Shown one piece after another: positions 37,823 to 47,197 of a stretch of DNA of 64,000 nt. The translations under genes and the position numbers were made by a program. Positions within the stretch are counted from its first letter, which is position 1. Each line of letters opens with the position of its first letter. The stretch is from an uncultured Gemmatimonadales bacterium. GTDB lineage: Bacteria; Gemmatimonadota; Gemmatimonadetes; Longimicrobiales; RSA9. The stretch covers positions 332,999 through 396,998 of the forward strand of contig CAWCUS010000001.1 of the NCBI GenBank assembly GCA_963798845.1, given 5' to 3'. The notes below the pieces were generated by a model. It saw only the letters and a list, made by a program, of their open reading frames with translations, made no database searches and was not told the origin of the DNA.

Positions 37823-39147
37823 GCGGAGCAGGTGCGGGAAAGCGCGAGGTCGTCGACTGGTCCGGGCGCACTGCCGACTGGATCTCGGTGCGCGACGCTG
37901 TGGAGCGCGGGCTCGCTGCCGTGGAGCTGATGCCCCCGGAGGAGGTGGCGCTCGAGGAGTCGCTGGGGCGGGTGCTGGCCGAGGACGTGTCGTCTCCCGT
38001 GACCCAGCCGCCGTGGGACAACAGCGCCATGGACGGCTACGCGGTCCGCTCCGGCGACGTGACCGGAGCTTCAGCCGAGCGCCCGGCCCGGCTGCGCGTC
38101 GTGGACGACATCCCCGCCGGCGGCTTCCCCACCCGCCCGCTACGCCAGGGCGAGGCGGCCAGGATCATGACCGGCGCGCCCGTGCCCGAGGGCGCCGACT
38201 CCGTGATCCGCGTCGAGGACACCGACGCGGGCGAGAAGCTCGTCTCAATCCTGAGCGACGGCGACGCGCTCGGTAACGTGCGCCGGCGGGGCGAAGACAT
38301 CGTCGAAGGGGACGTGGCGCTGGCCGCCGGCGCCTCCATCGACCCGGCCGCGATGGGCGTGCTGGCCATCGTGGGACGCGCCCGCCCGCGCGTTCGCCGC
38401 CGCCCCGTCATCGCCGTTCTCTCGAACGGGGACGAGCTGGCGTCGCTGGACGAGTTCGACGACGTCATCGCCGGGCGACGCATCGTCAACTCCAACTCCT
38501 ACTCCCTCGCGGGCGCCATCGCCGCCGTCGGCGCCGTGCCCCGCCTCCTCGGCATCGCCCGCGACGACCTGGCGGACATCCGTGCAAAGCTGGAGGCCGG
38601 CTTCGACGCCGACGCCCTCATCACCACCGCGGGCGCCGCGGTCGGGGAGCATGACCGCGTCAAGGACGCGCTCGACCAGCTCGGCTACGAGCCCGACTTC
38701 TGGCGCGTACGCATGCGACCCGGGAGCCCCGCCTCCCTCGGCCGGATCCCGCGTTCCGGCCGACCGTCGCTCCCCGTGTGGGGGCTCCCGGGCAACCCTG
38801 TGTCCGCCCTCGTCACCTTCATGGTGCTGGTGCGCCCTGCGCTCCGCCGCATGGCCGGGCGAAGCGACGTCCACAACGCCACGTTCCCGCTGGAGGCCGC
38901 CGCTCCCATCCCGTCCAAGGCCGACAAGACGCACTTCCAGCGCGTCACCCTCGAGCCCGGCGACCCCTTCCCACTCGCCCGCACGACGGGCTCCCAGGGC
39001 TCCGGCATCCTGACTTCCATGACCCGCGCCGACGCCCTCTTCGTCGTGCCGGAGGGGCGCAACGGCATGGAGACCGGCGAGCGCTCCGTCGCGATCCCCG
39101 TCGTGGGCCCGGATCCCGGCTCGGAGATCTACGGGCTTCCGGACTGA
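37819..39147 (+). CDS. moeA: Molybdopterin molybdotransferase
   Basis: LGRVLAEDV, PPWDNSAMDGYA, RIMTGAPVPEGADSV, SNGDEL, GLPGNPVS, QGSGILTSM. Confidence 0.95.
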   Translation: MSGAGAGKREVVDWSGRTADWISVRDAVERGLAAVELMPPEEVALEESLGRVLAEDVSSPVTQPPWDNSAMDGYAVRSGDVTGASAERPARLRVVDDIPAGGFPTRPLRQGEAARIMTGAPVPEGADSVIRVEDTDAGEKLVSILSDGDALGNVRRRGEDIVEGDVALAAGASIDPAAMGVLAIVGRARPRVRRRPVIAVLSNGDELASLDEFDDVIAGRRIVNSNSYSLAGAIAAVGAVPRLLGIARDDLADIRAKLEAGFDADALITTAGAAVGEHDRVKDALDQLGYEPDFWRVRMRPGSPASLGRIPRSGRPSLPVWGLPGNPVSALVTFMVLVRPALRRMAGRSDVHNATFPLEAAAPIPSKADKTHFQRVTLEPGDPFPLARTTGSQGSGILTSMTRADALFVVPEGRNGMETGERSVAIPVVGPDPGSEIYGLPD

Positions 39148-39289
39148 GGCGGGACCGTCAGCCGCTGGCCGCTGAGCGTCTGTCCGGGATCGTCGACCCG
39201 GAGACCGCTGGCGGCCGGTCGCCTTGCTTCGGCGGCCGGCCCGGCCGAAGATACCGCGGACGCGCACCCCAGCCGGAGACCGATTCGCC

Positions 39290-40954
39290 ATGGCCGATAC
39301 GATCGTCCCCAAGGACTATCAGCCGCCGCTCCCCACCGACCGCCTCATCGTCCGGGAGCCGCCGGACGATGAGGCGGTCCCAATGGATGTCGTGTTCGTT
39401 GGGGCGGGGCCCGCGGGGCTGGCCGGCGCCATCGAGCTGGCGCGGCTGGTCGCCGAGGCCAACCAGGCGGGGAACGGCCCGGGGGACGTGGAGATCGCGG
39501 TGCTGGAGAAGGCCGAGAGCCTCGGTGAGCACAACCTGTCCGGCGCGGTGGTCAATCCGGGGCCGTTCCGCGCGCTCTTCCCGGACATCCCGGACGAAGA
39601 TTTTCCGTTCCGCGGTCCCGTGGAGGAGGAGCGGGTCTACGTACTGACGGAGGGCGGGGCGCGCCGCATCCCGGTGCCGCCACCGATGCGCAACCACGGC
39701 AACCGGATCGCATCGATCTCGGAGGTCGTGCGCTGGATGGGTGAGAAGGCGGAAGCGGCGGGGGTCAACCTGTTCACGGGCTTCGCTGCGGACTCGCTGC
39801 TGGTCGAGGGGGACCGCGTGCTGGGCGTCCGCACCGCCGCCACGGGGCTGAATCGGGAAGGCGAGCCGGGGAGCGGCTACATGCCCCCCACCGACGTGCT
39901 GGCGAAAGTGACCGCGCTCTCGGAGGGGACGCGCGGGCCGCTGGCGCAGGCCTACATCGGCTGGCAGCAGATCCCGTCGGAGAACCCTCAGATCTTCGCG
40001 CTGGGCGTGAAGGAGATCTGGGAGACGAAGAAGCCGCTCGAGGCCGTGATCCACACCATGGGGTGGCCGCTGCCGAGGGACGCGTTCGGCGGCAGCTTCA
40101 TGTACCCCCTGGCCCCGGATGTGGTCTCCATCGGGCTCGTCGTGGGTCTCGACTACCACGACGCGACGCTCGATCCCCACGTCCTCTTCCAGCGCATGAA
40201 GACGCACCCGATCTTCCGGGAGTACCTCGTGGGCGGCGAGATGGTCGAGTGGGGGGCCAAGACGATTCCGGAAGGCGGATACTACGCGCTGCCGAAGCGC
40301 CGGAGCGGGAACGGCGTCGTCATCCTGGGCGACGCCGCCGGCTTCGTCGACGTCCCATCGCTCAAGGGGATCCACTACGCCGTCCAGTCCGGCATCTTCG
40401 CGGCCCGCGCCATCTTCGACGCGCTGACGGCCGATGACGTCTCGGCCGCCAGGCTTTCCCGCTACGACCAGCTGGTGAACGACAGCATCATCGTCGAGGA
40501 CCTCCACCGCACGCGCAACATGCGCCTGGCGTTCAAGAGCGGCTTCTACCGGGGCGGTATGAAGGCCGGGCTAATGACGCTCACCGGCGGCCGGCTGTTC
40601 GGCGCCAGAATCGAGATGGAGCCGGACGCGGCGGCCCCCAAGCGGACCGACTCGCCCGAGCCGGCGTTCGTCCCCGACGGCGACCTGACGTTCAGCAAGG
40701 TCGATGCGGTCTTCAAGTCCGGGAACCAGACACGCGACGACATCCCGTCCCACCTCATCGCCCCCGATGACGTTCCGCCGGAGCTCGCGGACGTCTACGT
40801 CCACATGTGCCCCGCGGGCGTCTACGAGAAGGACGAGGACGGCAACCTCGTCATCAACGCGCCCAACTGCATCGACTGCAAGGCCACCGACGTGCTCGGC
40901 CCCCGCTGGACCCCCCGGGAAGGCGGCAGCGGCCCGAAATACCGAAGCATGTGA
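39290..40954 (+). CDS. Electron transfer flavoprotein-quinone oxidoreductase
   Basis: DVVFVGAGPAGLA, VLEK...GEHNLSGAV, GAKTIPEGG, GDAAGFV....LKGIHYA, C-terminal CPAGVYE...NCIDCKAT...W.P.EGGSGP.Y..M. Confidence 0.92.
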   Translation: MADTIVPKDYQPPLPTDRLIVREPPDDEAVPMDVVFVGAGPAGLAGAIELARLVAEANQAGNGPGDVEIAVLEKAESLGEHNLSGAVVNPGPFRALFPDIPDEDFPFRGPVEEERVYVLTEGGARRIPVPPPMRNHGNRIASISEVVRWMGEKAEAAGVNLFTGFAADSLLVEGDRVLGVRTAATGLNREGEPGSGYMPPTDVLAKVTALSEGTRGPLAQAYIGWQQIPSENPQIFALGVKEIWETKKPLEAVIHTMGWPLPRDAFGGSFMYPLAPDVVSIGLVVGLDYHDATLDPHVLFQRMKTHPIFREYLVGGEMVEWGAKTIPEGGYYALPKRRSGNGVVILGDAAGFVDVPSLKGIHYAVQSGIFAARAIFDALTADDVSAARLSRYDQLVNDSIIVEDLHRTRNMRLAFKSGFYRGGMKAGLMTLTGGRLFGARIEMEPDAAAPKRTDSPEPAFVPDGDLTFSKVDAVFKSGNQTRDDIPSHLIAPDDVPPELADVYVHMCPAGVYEKDEDGNLVINAPNCIDCKATDVLGPRWTPREGGSGPKYRSM

Positions 40955-40973
40955 GGGGCCCGCGGCCGTACGC

Positions 40974-41076
40974 CTGCGAGCGCAGCGAGCCCCTCTGCGA
41001 GCGAAGCGAGCCCCTCTGCGAGCGCAGCGAGCCCCTCTGCGAGCGCAGCGAGCCCCTCTGCGAGCGAAGCGAGCCC
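40974..41076. repeat. 21-bp tandem repeat, about 5 copies: CTGCGAGCG(C/A)AGCGAGCCCCT
   Basis: Read directly; fills the gap between the convergent ETF-QO and etfA genes. Confidence 0.95.
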
Positions 41077-41084
41077 TCCCCCGC

Positions 41085-42071
41085 CTACCGCGACCGTGCG
41101 CGCCTGACCTCTTCCGTCAACCTCGGGACCACCTCGAATGCGTCCCCCACGATGCCGTAATCGGCCACCTTGAAGATGGGCGCATCGGCATCCTTGTTGA
41201 TGGCGACGATGGTCTTGGCCGTGCGCATGCCGGCCAGGTGCTGGATGGCGCCGCTGATCGCCACCGCGACGTACAGCTTGGGCGCGACAGTCTTCCCGGT
41301 CTGCCCGACCTGCTCGCCATGCGGGCGCCAACCGGCGTCCACGACGGCGCGCGACGCGCCGAGCGCGACGCGGTCGCCGAGCGCGTCGGCGAGGTCCTCC
41401 AGAAGCCTCCAGTTTTCGGGCCCCTTGAGCCCGCGGCCGCCGGAGACCACGACAGGGGCCTCGGCCACGTCCGGCTTGTCGCCGGCGCTGGCCTTCACCT
41501 CGCGCACCTTCACTTTCCACGACGTCGGATCCGGCGACGACGTGACCTGCTCCACCGAGGCCTCCCCGGGCGCTTCCTGCGGCCGGAACACGTTGGCGCG
41601 CAGCGTCACCAGCCTGGGGGAAGCCTCGATCACCACCTCCGCGAACGCCTTGCCGGCGTAGACCGGTCGTGTGATCACCAGCTCGCCGCCGTCCACCTCG
41701 AGGGCCGTGGCCTCGGACGCCAGAGGCACGTCGAGCCTCGCCGCCACGCGAGGCGCCAGATCGCGGCCGGTGGCCGTCGCCGCGAAGAGGATGGCGAAGT
41801 AGTCGCCGTCTTTCGCCACGTCCGCCATCGCGGCGGCGTAGCCGGTGGCCTGGTACGCGGCCAGGTCGGCGTGCTCCACGGCCCGGATCCTGTCTGCTCC
41901 GTACGTCGCCAGAGACTTCGCCGCCTCGCCCACGCCCGCGCCGCCCACGATGGCGACGTGCACCTGGCCGCCGATGGCGTCCGCCACCTTCCGCGCGGCC
42001 GTGACCACTTCCTCGGAGACCCGCCTGAGGGCGCCGTCCCGTTGTTCCGCAACTGCCAGTACGTTTGCCAT
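41085..42071 (-). CDS. etfA: Electron transfer flavoprotein alpha subunit
   Basis: GRDLAPRVAARL, VVVSGGRG, GASRAVVDAGW....QVGQTGK.VAP.LY.A.AISGAIQHLAGM, AINKD..APIF. Confidence 0.96.
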   Translation of the reverse strand: MANVLAVAEQRDGALRRVSEEVVTAARKVADAIGGQVHVAIVGGAGVGEAAKSLATYGADRIRAVEHADLAAYQATGYAAAMADVAKDGDYFAILFAATATGRDLAPRVAARLDVPLASEATALEVDGGELVITRPVYAGKAFAEVVIEASPRLVTLRANVFRPQEAPGEASVEQVTSSPDPTSWKVKVREVKASAGDKPDVAEAPVVVSGGRGLKGPENWRLLEDLADALGDRVALGASRAVVDAGWRPHGEQVGQTGKTVAPKLYVAVAISGAIQHLAGMRTAKTIVAINKDADAPIFKVADYGIVGDAFEVVPRLTEEVRRARSR

Positions 42072-42079
42072 GTCGCCTC

Positions 42080-42823
42080 CTACAGGACTTTCGCTTCGTC
42101 GCGCAGCAGGCGGACCAGCTCCGGCACCGCGTCCGGGCCCTCGCCCACGATCTTCCCTTCCGGCCTCGCCGGCGGCTCGCTGTAGCGCCGCACCTTCAGT
42201 CGCGGGGCCGGCACGTCGGCGTCCTTCTCCGTCATCGGCTTCCGCTTCGCTGCCATGATCCCCTTGAGCGAGGGGTAACGCGGGTCGTACGGCCCCTTCG
42301 TGATGGTCACGACGGCGGGCAGCACCACCTCCACGACCTCGGTGCCGCCCTCGACCTCGCGCTGGCAGACCAGGACGTCGCCATCCTTCGCGACCTCGGC
42401 CACACCCGTGACGCACGGGAGGCCCAGGATCTCGGCCACCATGGTGCCCACCTGTCCCTGGTCGTCATCGGCAGCCTTCATCCCGAACAGCACCAGGTCG
42501 GCGCCGATCTCCTTCAGCTCGGCCGCCAGCGCCCGGGCCACGGACAGACCGTCCATGGAGCTCTCGCCGTTCAGGCGGACCGCGCTGTCCACGCCCATGG
42601 CCAGCGCCGAGCGCAGCTGCTCGCCCGCCAAGGCGTCGCCGAGCGAGACCGCCACCGTCTCGCCCTCTCCCGCCGCCTCCTTCAGCCGCAGCGCCGCCTC
42701 GACCGCGAACTCGTCGTACGGGCTCACGATGAACTTGAGGCCGCTCTCATCCACCGAGTCCCCGCTCACTCGTATGCGCGCCTCGGTGTCAGGCACGCGC
42801 TTTATGCAGATCGCCGTCTTCAA
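42080..42823 (-). CDS. etfB: Electron transfer flavoprotein beta subunit
   Basis: CIKRVPDT, SPYDEFAVEAALRLKE, ALAMG.D, REVEGG, PRYPSLKGIMAAK. Confidence 0.96.
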   Translation of the reverse strand: MKTAICIKRVPDTEARIRVSGDSVDESGLKFIVSPYDEFAVEAALRLKEAAGEGETVAVSLGDALAGEQLRSALAMGVDSAVRLNGESSMDGLSVARALAAELKEIGADLVLFGMKAADDDQGQVGTMVAEILGLPCVTGVAEVAKDGDVLVCQREVEGGTEVVEVVLPAVVTITKGPYDPRYPSLKGIMAAKRKPMTEKDADVPAPRLKVRRYSEPPARPEGKIVGEGPDAVPELVRLLRDEAKVL

Positions 42824-42881
42824 AGCCTCGTCTCCTTCTTTCTCCGGCTACGGTTTCGGGCGCAATGTAGACCGTCCCCGG

Positions 42882-42920
42882 AAACGAGAAAAGGCGGCCC
42901 CGACGCGCGCGGGCCGCCTT
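42882..42920 (-). terminator. Intrinsic terminator downstream of the small Pro/Glu-rich ORF
   Basis: AAGGCGGCCC / GGGCCGCCTT 10-bp stem, followed on the minus strand by TTCTCGTTT. Confidence 0.75.
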
Positions 42921-42945
42921 CCCTCCTGGCACCGTACTACCGGGA

Positions 42946-43143
42946 TCAGATCGGCGTCGGCTCGCCGATCTCCTCCTCTTCCTTCTCCGGGCTCCACTTC
43001 TCCGGCTTCCAGCCGGGCTCCGGCTCGTCGGAGCGTCGGGGAGCCGGCTCGTATCGCTCGGGCTCCTCCCGCGGCGGCTCCTTCGCGGGCGCGCCGGGAA
43101 TCGGCAGCGGCTTGTTCGGATCGGGTCCGGGGACCGTCGCCAT
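42946..43143 (-). CDS. Small Pro/Glu-rich hypothetical protein (65 aa)
   Basis: AGGAGG RBS, ATG at 43143, own terminator; MATVPGPDPNKPLPIPGAPAKEPPREEPERYEP... Confidence 0.6.
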   Translation of the reverse strand: MATVPGPDPNKPLPIPGAPAKEPPREEPERYEPAPRRSDEPEPGWKPEKWSPEKEEEEIGEPTPI

Positions 43144-43252
43144 ATCGGGGCCTCCTCTGATCAACAGCTCAACTCCGGATGGTCTCCCCCCTGACGTGCA
43201 CGGGCCATGCCATGTGCAGCCGGCTCCTCTCCTCCGGCGGCGTCCGCCGCCG

Positions 43253-46200
43253 TCAACCGCCCCCGATCCGCTCGAGCAAAGTCTTCACCGCAGCCTCCAG
43301 CTGATGGTCCCGCCCCAGGTACGTTTCACCGAGCGGGCGCGAGACCGCCACGTCCACGGGCCGCGGGTGCATTTCCATCACCTCGCCATCATGGGCCCGC
43401 ACCCGGGTTCGCGGCATGCGCAGCGTGGAGCCGTCCACCAGGCGAGCGCTCCACGTGTAGATGATCCACCCGGCCGTGGGCTCGCCCACCACCGGTCCCA
43501 GGTCGAGGGCGCGGAATCCCTCGGTGAAGTCCTCGGCATCGGAGAGGGAGTTCATGTCGGTCACGAGCACGGTGGGGCGCTCGAGGGAGCGCTGGCCGAG
43601 CATGCTCCGCGCGGGAACCGTCGGGTAGCCGCGCACCTCCATGGTGATGTAGCCGCGCCGGGAGAACACATCGAGCGCGTACGCGTTCACGAAGCCGCCG
43701 TTGTTGGCGCGCACGTCCACCACCACGCCCTCCTTCGCGAAGTTGGCGGCGTCCAGGTCCACCAGGAGCTGCTGGAGGGAGCCCCACCCCATGTCCGGCA
43801 TGTGGACGTAGCCCAGCCGTCCGCCGCTGATGGAGTCCACGAAGGCACGCCGCCCCTCCACCCACGCGCGGTACGCCAGAGCGCGCTCCCCGGACGTGGA
43901 CACCGGCTGCACGATCACCGCGCGCCCGTTCCGACCCTGCGCGTCCTCCACCGTCAGCGTCACGCGGTCTCCCACCGTGTTCTCCAGCAGCCGGTCGACG
44001 GCGACTCCGCGCCCCAGCGCGACACCCCCGATGTCCATCACCCGCGACCCGGCCGGGATCCCGGCCACGGCCGCAGGTCCACTCGCCAGAGCCTCGGCGA
44101 CGACGAAGCGGCCGTCCGCCAGCGCCGCGGGGTCCCAGCGCACGCCCAGCCGTCCCGTCTCCGCGTGCCCCTCCGACGGCTCGCGGTGGCCCAGGTGGCT
44201 GGCGTTCAGCTCGCCCAGCATCAGGTTCATCAGCCGCTCCAGCCCCGCCGGCGTCTGGGCCGCGGCCACGCGCGGCGCCCACGCCGTTCGGACCGCCTCC
44301 CAGTCGGCGCCGTGCAGCGCCTCATCGAAGAAGTGGTCGCGCATGTATGACCACGCTTCGTCGAACACCTCCGTCTTGTCGGCGTCGAAATCCGTCTCTA
44401 CCTCCGCGGTCGCGTCAATGGCGCGGTCCTTTCCGCCCTCCAGCTTCACGGCCCGGAGCCTGCCGCGGTCGAGGAAGAACACATCCTTGCCGTCCTTCCC
44501 GAACGCCGGCAGACCCTTCGATCCGGGAGACGACGTGAGCTGCCTCGCCACCCGCTCCCCGTCCGCGAGCGGGTCGAGGGTCCACGCGTACAGGTTCTGC
44601 TGGCCCTCTGCCTCGCCCACGAACACCAGCGTCTTGCCGTCCGGGGAGATGGCCAGCGATCCCGCGCTCACGCCCAGCGGGAGCAGCTCCAGCCGCGTCT
44701 CGATCCCGTCGAACACGATCTGCACCGGCGGCGGCGCGGGTGCGCTGGCGGCGTCCCGTTCACGGCCGCCCTTCTCGCCTCCGCGGGGCCCCGCTTCCGG
44801 CGCGAAGAGGGAGTCGAACTTCGCTTCCCGGTAGACCGGCACGCGCGGCACGAGGTCGACGCGGGCGATCCGCCCGTCCTCGGTGCGCTGCTGCGTGTCG
44901 AAGTAGAGCGCCTTCCCATCCGGAGACCACGCCAGCGACCGCCCGTTGCCGTTGGCCAGGCGACTGACGGCCCGAGCGTCCGCCGAGCCGTCCGACGGCA
45001 CCACGTAGACGTTCGTGAACATGCGGCCGTCCGTGGCGAAGAACGCCAGCCACTTCCCGTCCGGCGACCACGCCACGCCACGGGCCGCGGTGAACGGCGG
45101 GCTCCACAGCTGCGCCCGCGCCACCACCCGCTCCTTTTCCCCGTCCAGCTCCGCCACCACCAGCGCGGTCCCGTCCCGCACGAAAGCGAGCCGCTTCCCG
45201 TCGGGCGAGAAGGCGGGCGAGGCATGGTCGGCCCCTGCGCTCGACAGCGCGCGCTCGTCGCCCGTGGCGAAGTCGAACACGAAGGTGCGCACCGACCCGC
45301 CGCGACGCGACGTGTACGCCAGGCGACGGGAGTCCGCCGCCCACGTCGGCTCCGCCTCCGGCGCCACGGTCCGCGTCACGCGCCGGGCCTGGCCCCCGTC
45401 CTCCGCGGACACGGCGAAGACCTCGCCACGGGCGACGAACGCCACCTTCTTCCCATCGGGCGAGAGCGCCATGTCGGAGAAGTCGGAGGACAGCCGACGC
45501 GTCTGGGTGGACGCGCTCAGGACCTCGCCGGTGAGGGTCACCGGGACGACGGCGGCGTGCCCGCTGGCGACGTCCAGCGTCCAGATGCCGAAGTCACGCT
45601 CGAACGCCACGGTCGCGGCACCCCGGCTCGCAGTGGGCCACAGGACGCGGCCGCGGTCGAAGTTCGTGAGGGGCCGCGCGTCGTCGCCCGAGACCGACTG
45701 GAGCCAGAGGTTCTCGGCGCCCGAGCGGTCCGACATGAAGAGCAACGCTCCGCCGTCGCCGGTCCACATCGGCCACACGCTTTTCTGCCCCTCGGCCGTC
45801 ACCCGCCGGAACGATGGCGCCGCGCTCTCGCCCGGGCCCGGACGAACGAGCCAGATCTCCGACTCGTCGATGTGGCTGTGACCGTTCCGCCACCACTGCG
45901 AGAACGCCATCCGACCGCGGGCCGACACGGCCACCGTCTCGCCGTCGGGCGATGGGGCGGCGAAGAACTCGGCCTGGTACGGGCTGGCGGACACCGGGAT
46001 CGGCGTGCCCCCGCCGGCAGCCACCCGGAACACGTCGGTCATTCCGCCCAGGTCCTCCTCGCCGGACGTGAAGTACAGCCACCCGCCGTCGGGCGACCAC
46101 GCGTCGAGCGACTCCGCCCCGTCGCCCCACGTCACTCGTGACACCCGACCGCTGGCCCGGTCCAGGACGTAGAGGTCGTCGCTGCCCGCCCGGTCCGAAA

Positions 46201-46525
46201 CGAACGCCAGCCGTGCGCCGTCGGGCGAGAAGAGCGGCCGCGAGTCGTTCGCGGCGCCGGCCACGAGCCGGCTCGCCTCGCCACCGGCCGCCGGAACCAC
46301 CCAGATGTCCCCGCGCGCCACGAACGCGATCTCCCGCCCGTCCGGGCTGATCCCGGGCTGCGACAGTGCGGGCTGGGCTGCGGCCAGCGGGGCCGAGGCG
46401 GACGCGGCGGACACTGGGTGCGAAGGCGTCGGGTCGCCAGCGGCCGGGGTCCCGGACTGCGGGGCCGCGATGACAATGACCAGGGCGAGGGCGGCGGTAA
46501 GCGGCTGCACTTTGAGATCCTCCAT
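43253..46525 (-). CDS. Tricorn-like S41 protease (WD40/PD40 propellers plus PDZ)
   Basis: Many SPDG/WSPDG repeats, MLGELNASH, GYVHMPDM, DVRANNGG, SLSDAEDF. Confidence 0.92.
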   Translation of the reverse strand: MEDLKVQPLTAALALVIVIAAPQSGTPAAGDPTPSHPVSAASASAPLAAAQPALSQPGISPDGREIAFVARGDIWVVPAAGGEASRLVAGAANDSRPLFSPDGARLAFVSDRAGSDDLYVLDRASGRVSRVTWGDGAESLDAWSPDGGWLYFTSGEEDLGGMTDVFRVAAGGGTPIPVSASPYQAEFFAAPSPDGETVAVSARGRMAFSQWWRNGHSHIDESEIWLVRPGPGESAAPSFRRVTAEGQKSVWPMWTGDGGALLFMSDRSGAENLWLQSVSGDDARPLTNFDRGRVLWPTASRGAATVAFERDFGIWTLDVASGHAAVVPVTLTGEVLSASTQTRRLSSDFSDMALSPDGKKVAFVARGEVFAVSAEDGGQARRVTRTVAPEAEPTWAADSRRLAYTSRRGGSVRTFVFDFATGDERALSSAGADHASPAFSPDGKRLAFVRDGTALVVAELDGEKERVVARAQLWSPPFTAARGVAWSPDGKWLAFFATDGRMFTNVYVVPSDGSADARAVSRLANGNGRSLAWSPDGKALYFDTQQRTEDGRIARVDLVPRVPVYREAKFDSLFAPEAGPRGGEKGGRERDAASAPAPPPVQIVFDGIETRLELLPLGVSAGSLAISPDGKTLVFVGEAEGQQNLYAWTLDPLADGERVARQLTSSPGSKGLPAFGKDGKDVFFLDRGRLRAVKLEGGKDRAIDATAEVETDFDADKTEVFDEAWSYMRDHFFDEALHGADWEAVRTAWAPRVAAAQTPAGLERLMNLMLGELNASHLGHREPSEGHAETGRLGVRWDPAALADGRFVVAEALASGPAAVAGIPAGSRVMDIGGVALGRGVAVDRLLENTVGDRVTLTVEDAQGRNGRAVIVQPVSTSGERALAYRAWVEGRRAFVDSISGGRLGYVHMPDMGWGSLQQLLVDLDAANFAKEGVVVDVRANNGGFVNAYALDVFSRRGYITMEVRGYPTVPARSMLGQRSLERPTVLVTDMNSLSDAEDFTEGFRALDLGPVVGEPTAGWIIYTWSARLVDGSTLRMPRTRVRAHDGEVMEMHPRPVDVAVSRPLGETYLGRDHQLEAAVKTLLERIGGG

Positions 46526-46599
46526 CGGATCGTTTGGTCGGGCCGACGGCGGGCTGCGCGCCGGCCGGGGCGCCGGAATTCCTGGAAGCTACCCCGCGC

Positions 46600-47187
46600 T
46601 CAGCGCGACAGCCAGCGGCTGCCGCGCAAGGTGAAGCGGAGCGGGGCTTCGACAGCCCGGTTGATGCCGATGCGGGGCGTCGCCACGATCTCGCCGGGCG
46701 CCACGGACGGGGCGTCGTGGATGCTGAGCGGCGGGAGGTGGAGGGGGTGGCCATCCAGGGCGCCGGTGATTGCGAGCGCCTGTGTCAGCCGGCCCGGCCC
46801 GCGCGCCAGGTCGCGGTCGGGGGTGCCGCGTCGCCTCCGCACGAGCGACAGGTCGCCCAGCGGCTCGAGCGCCCGGATGAGCACGGCCGCCGGGAACCCC
46901 TCGCGGTCGGTGACCGCATTCAGGCACCAGTGGATGCCGTAGCTACGGTACACGTACGCCGTCCCGGGTACGCCGAACATCGCCTCGTTGCGGACGGTCC
47001 GGCCAATGCGCTCCGCAGCGTGCGACGCCGCGTCCTCCGGGCCGGTGTACGCCTCCGTCTCCACGATCCGGCCCAGCGCCTCGCCATCCACGGTGGAGCG
47101 CACGACCATCCCGATGAGCTGGCGCGCCACCTCCCGCGCCGGCCTCGCGTAGAAAGCGGGCGGCAGCGGCGCGCCGAGCTCCGTCAC
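46600..47187 (-). CDS. mpg: DNA-3-methyladenine glycosylase (AAG/MPG family)
   Basis: GRIVETEAY.GPED.ASHA, YVY.SYGIHWCLN, AVLIRALEP, GPGRL.QAL.I, PRIGI. Confidence 0.93.
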   Translation of the reverse strand: MTELGAPLPPAFYARPAREVARQLIGMVVRSTVDGEALGRIVETEAYTGPEDAASHAAERIGRTVRNEAMFGVPGTAYVYRSYGIHWCLNAVTDREGFPAAVLIRALEPLGDLSLVRRRRGTPDRDLARGPGRLTQALAITGALDGHPLHLPPLSIHDAPSVAPGEIVATPRIGINRAVEAPLRFTLRGSRWLSR

Positions 47188-47197
47188 GACCGGCCCG

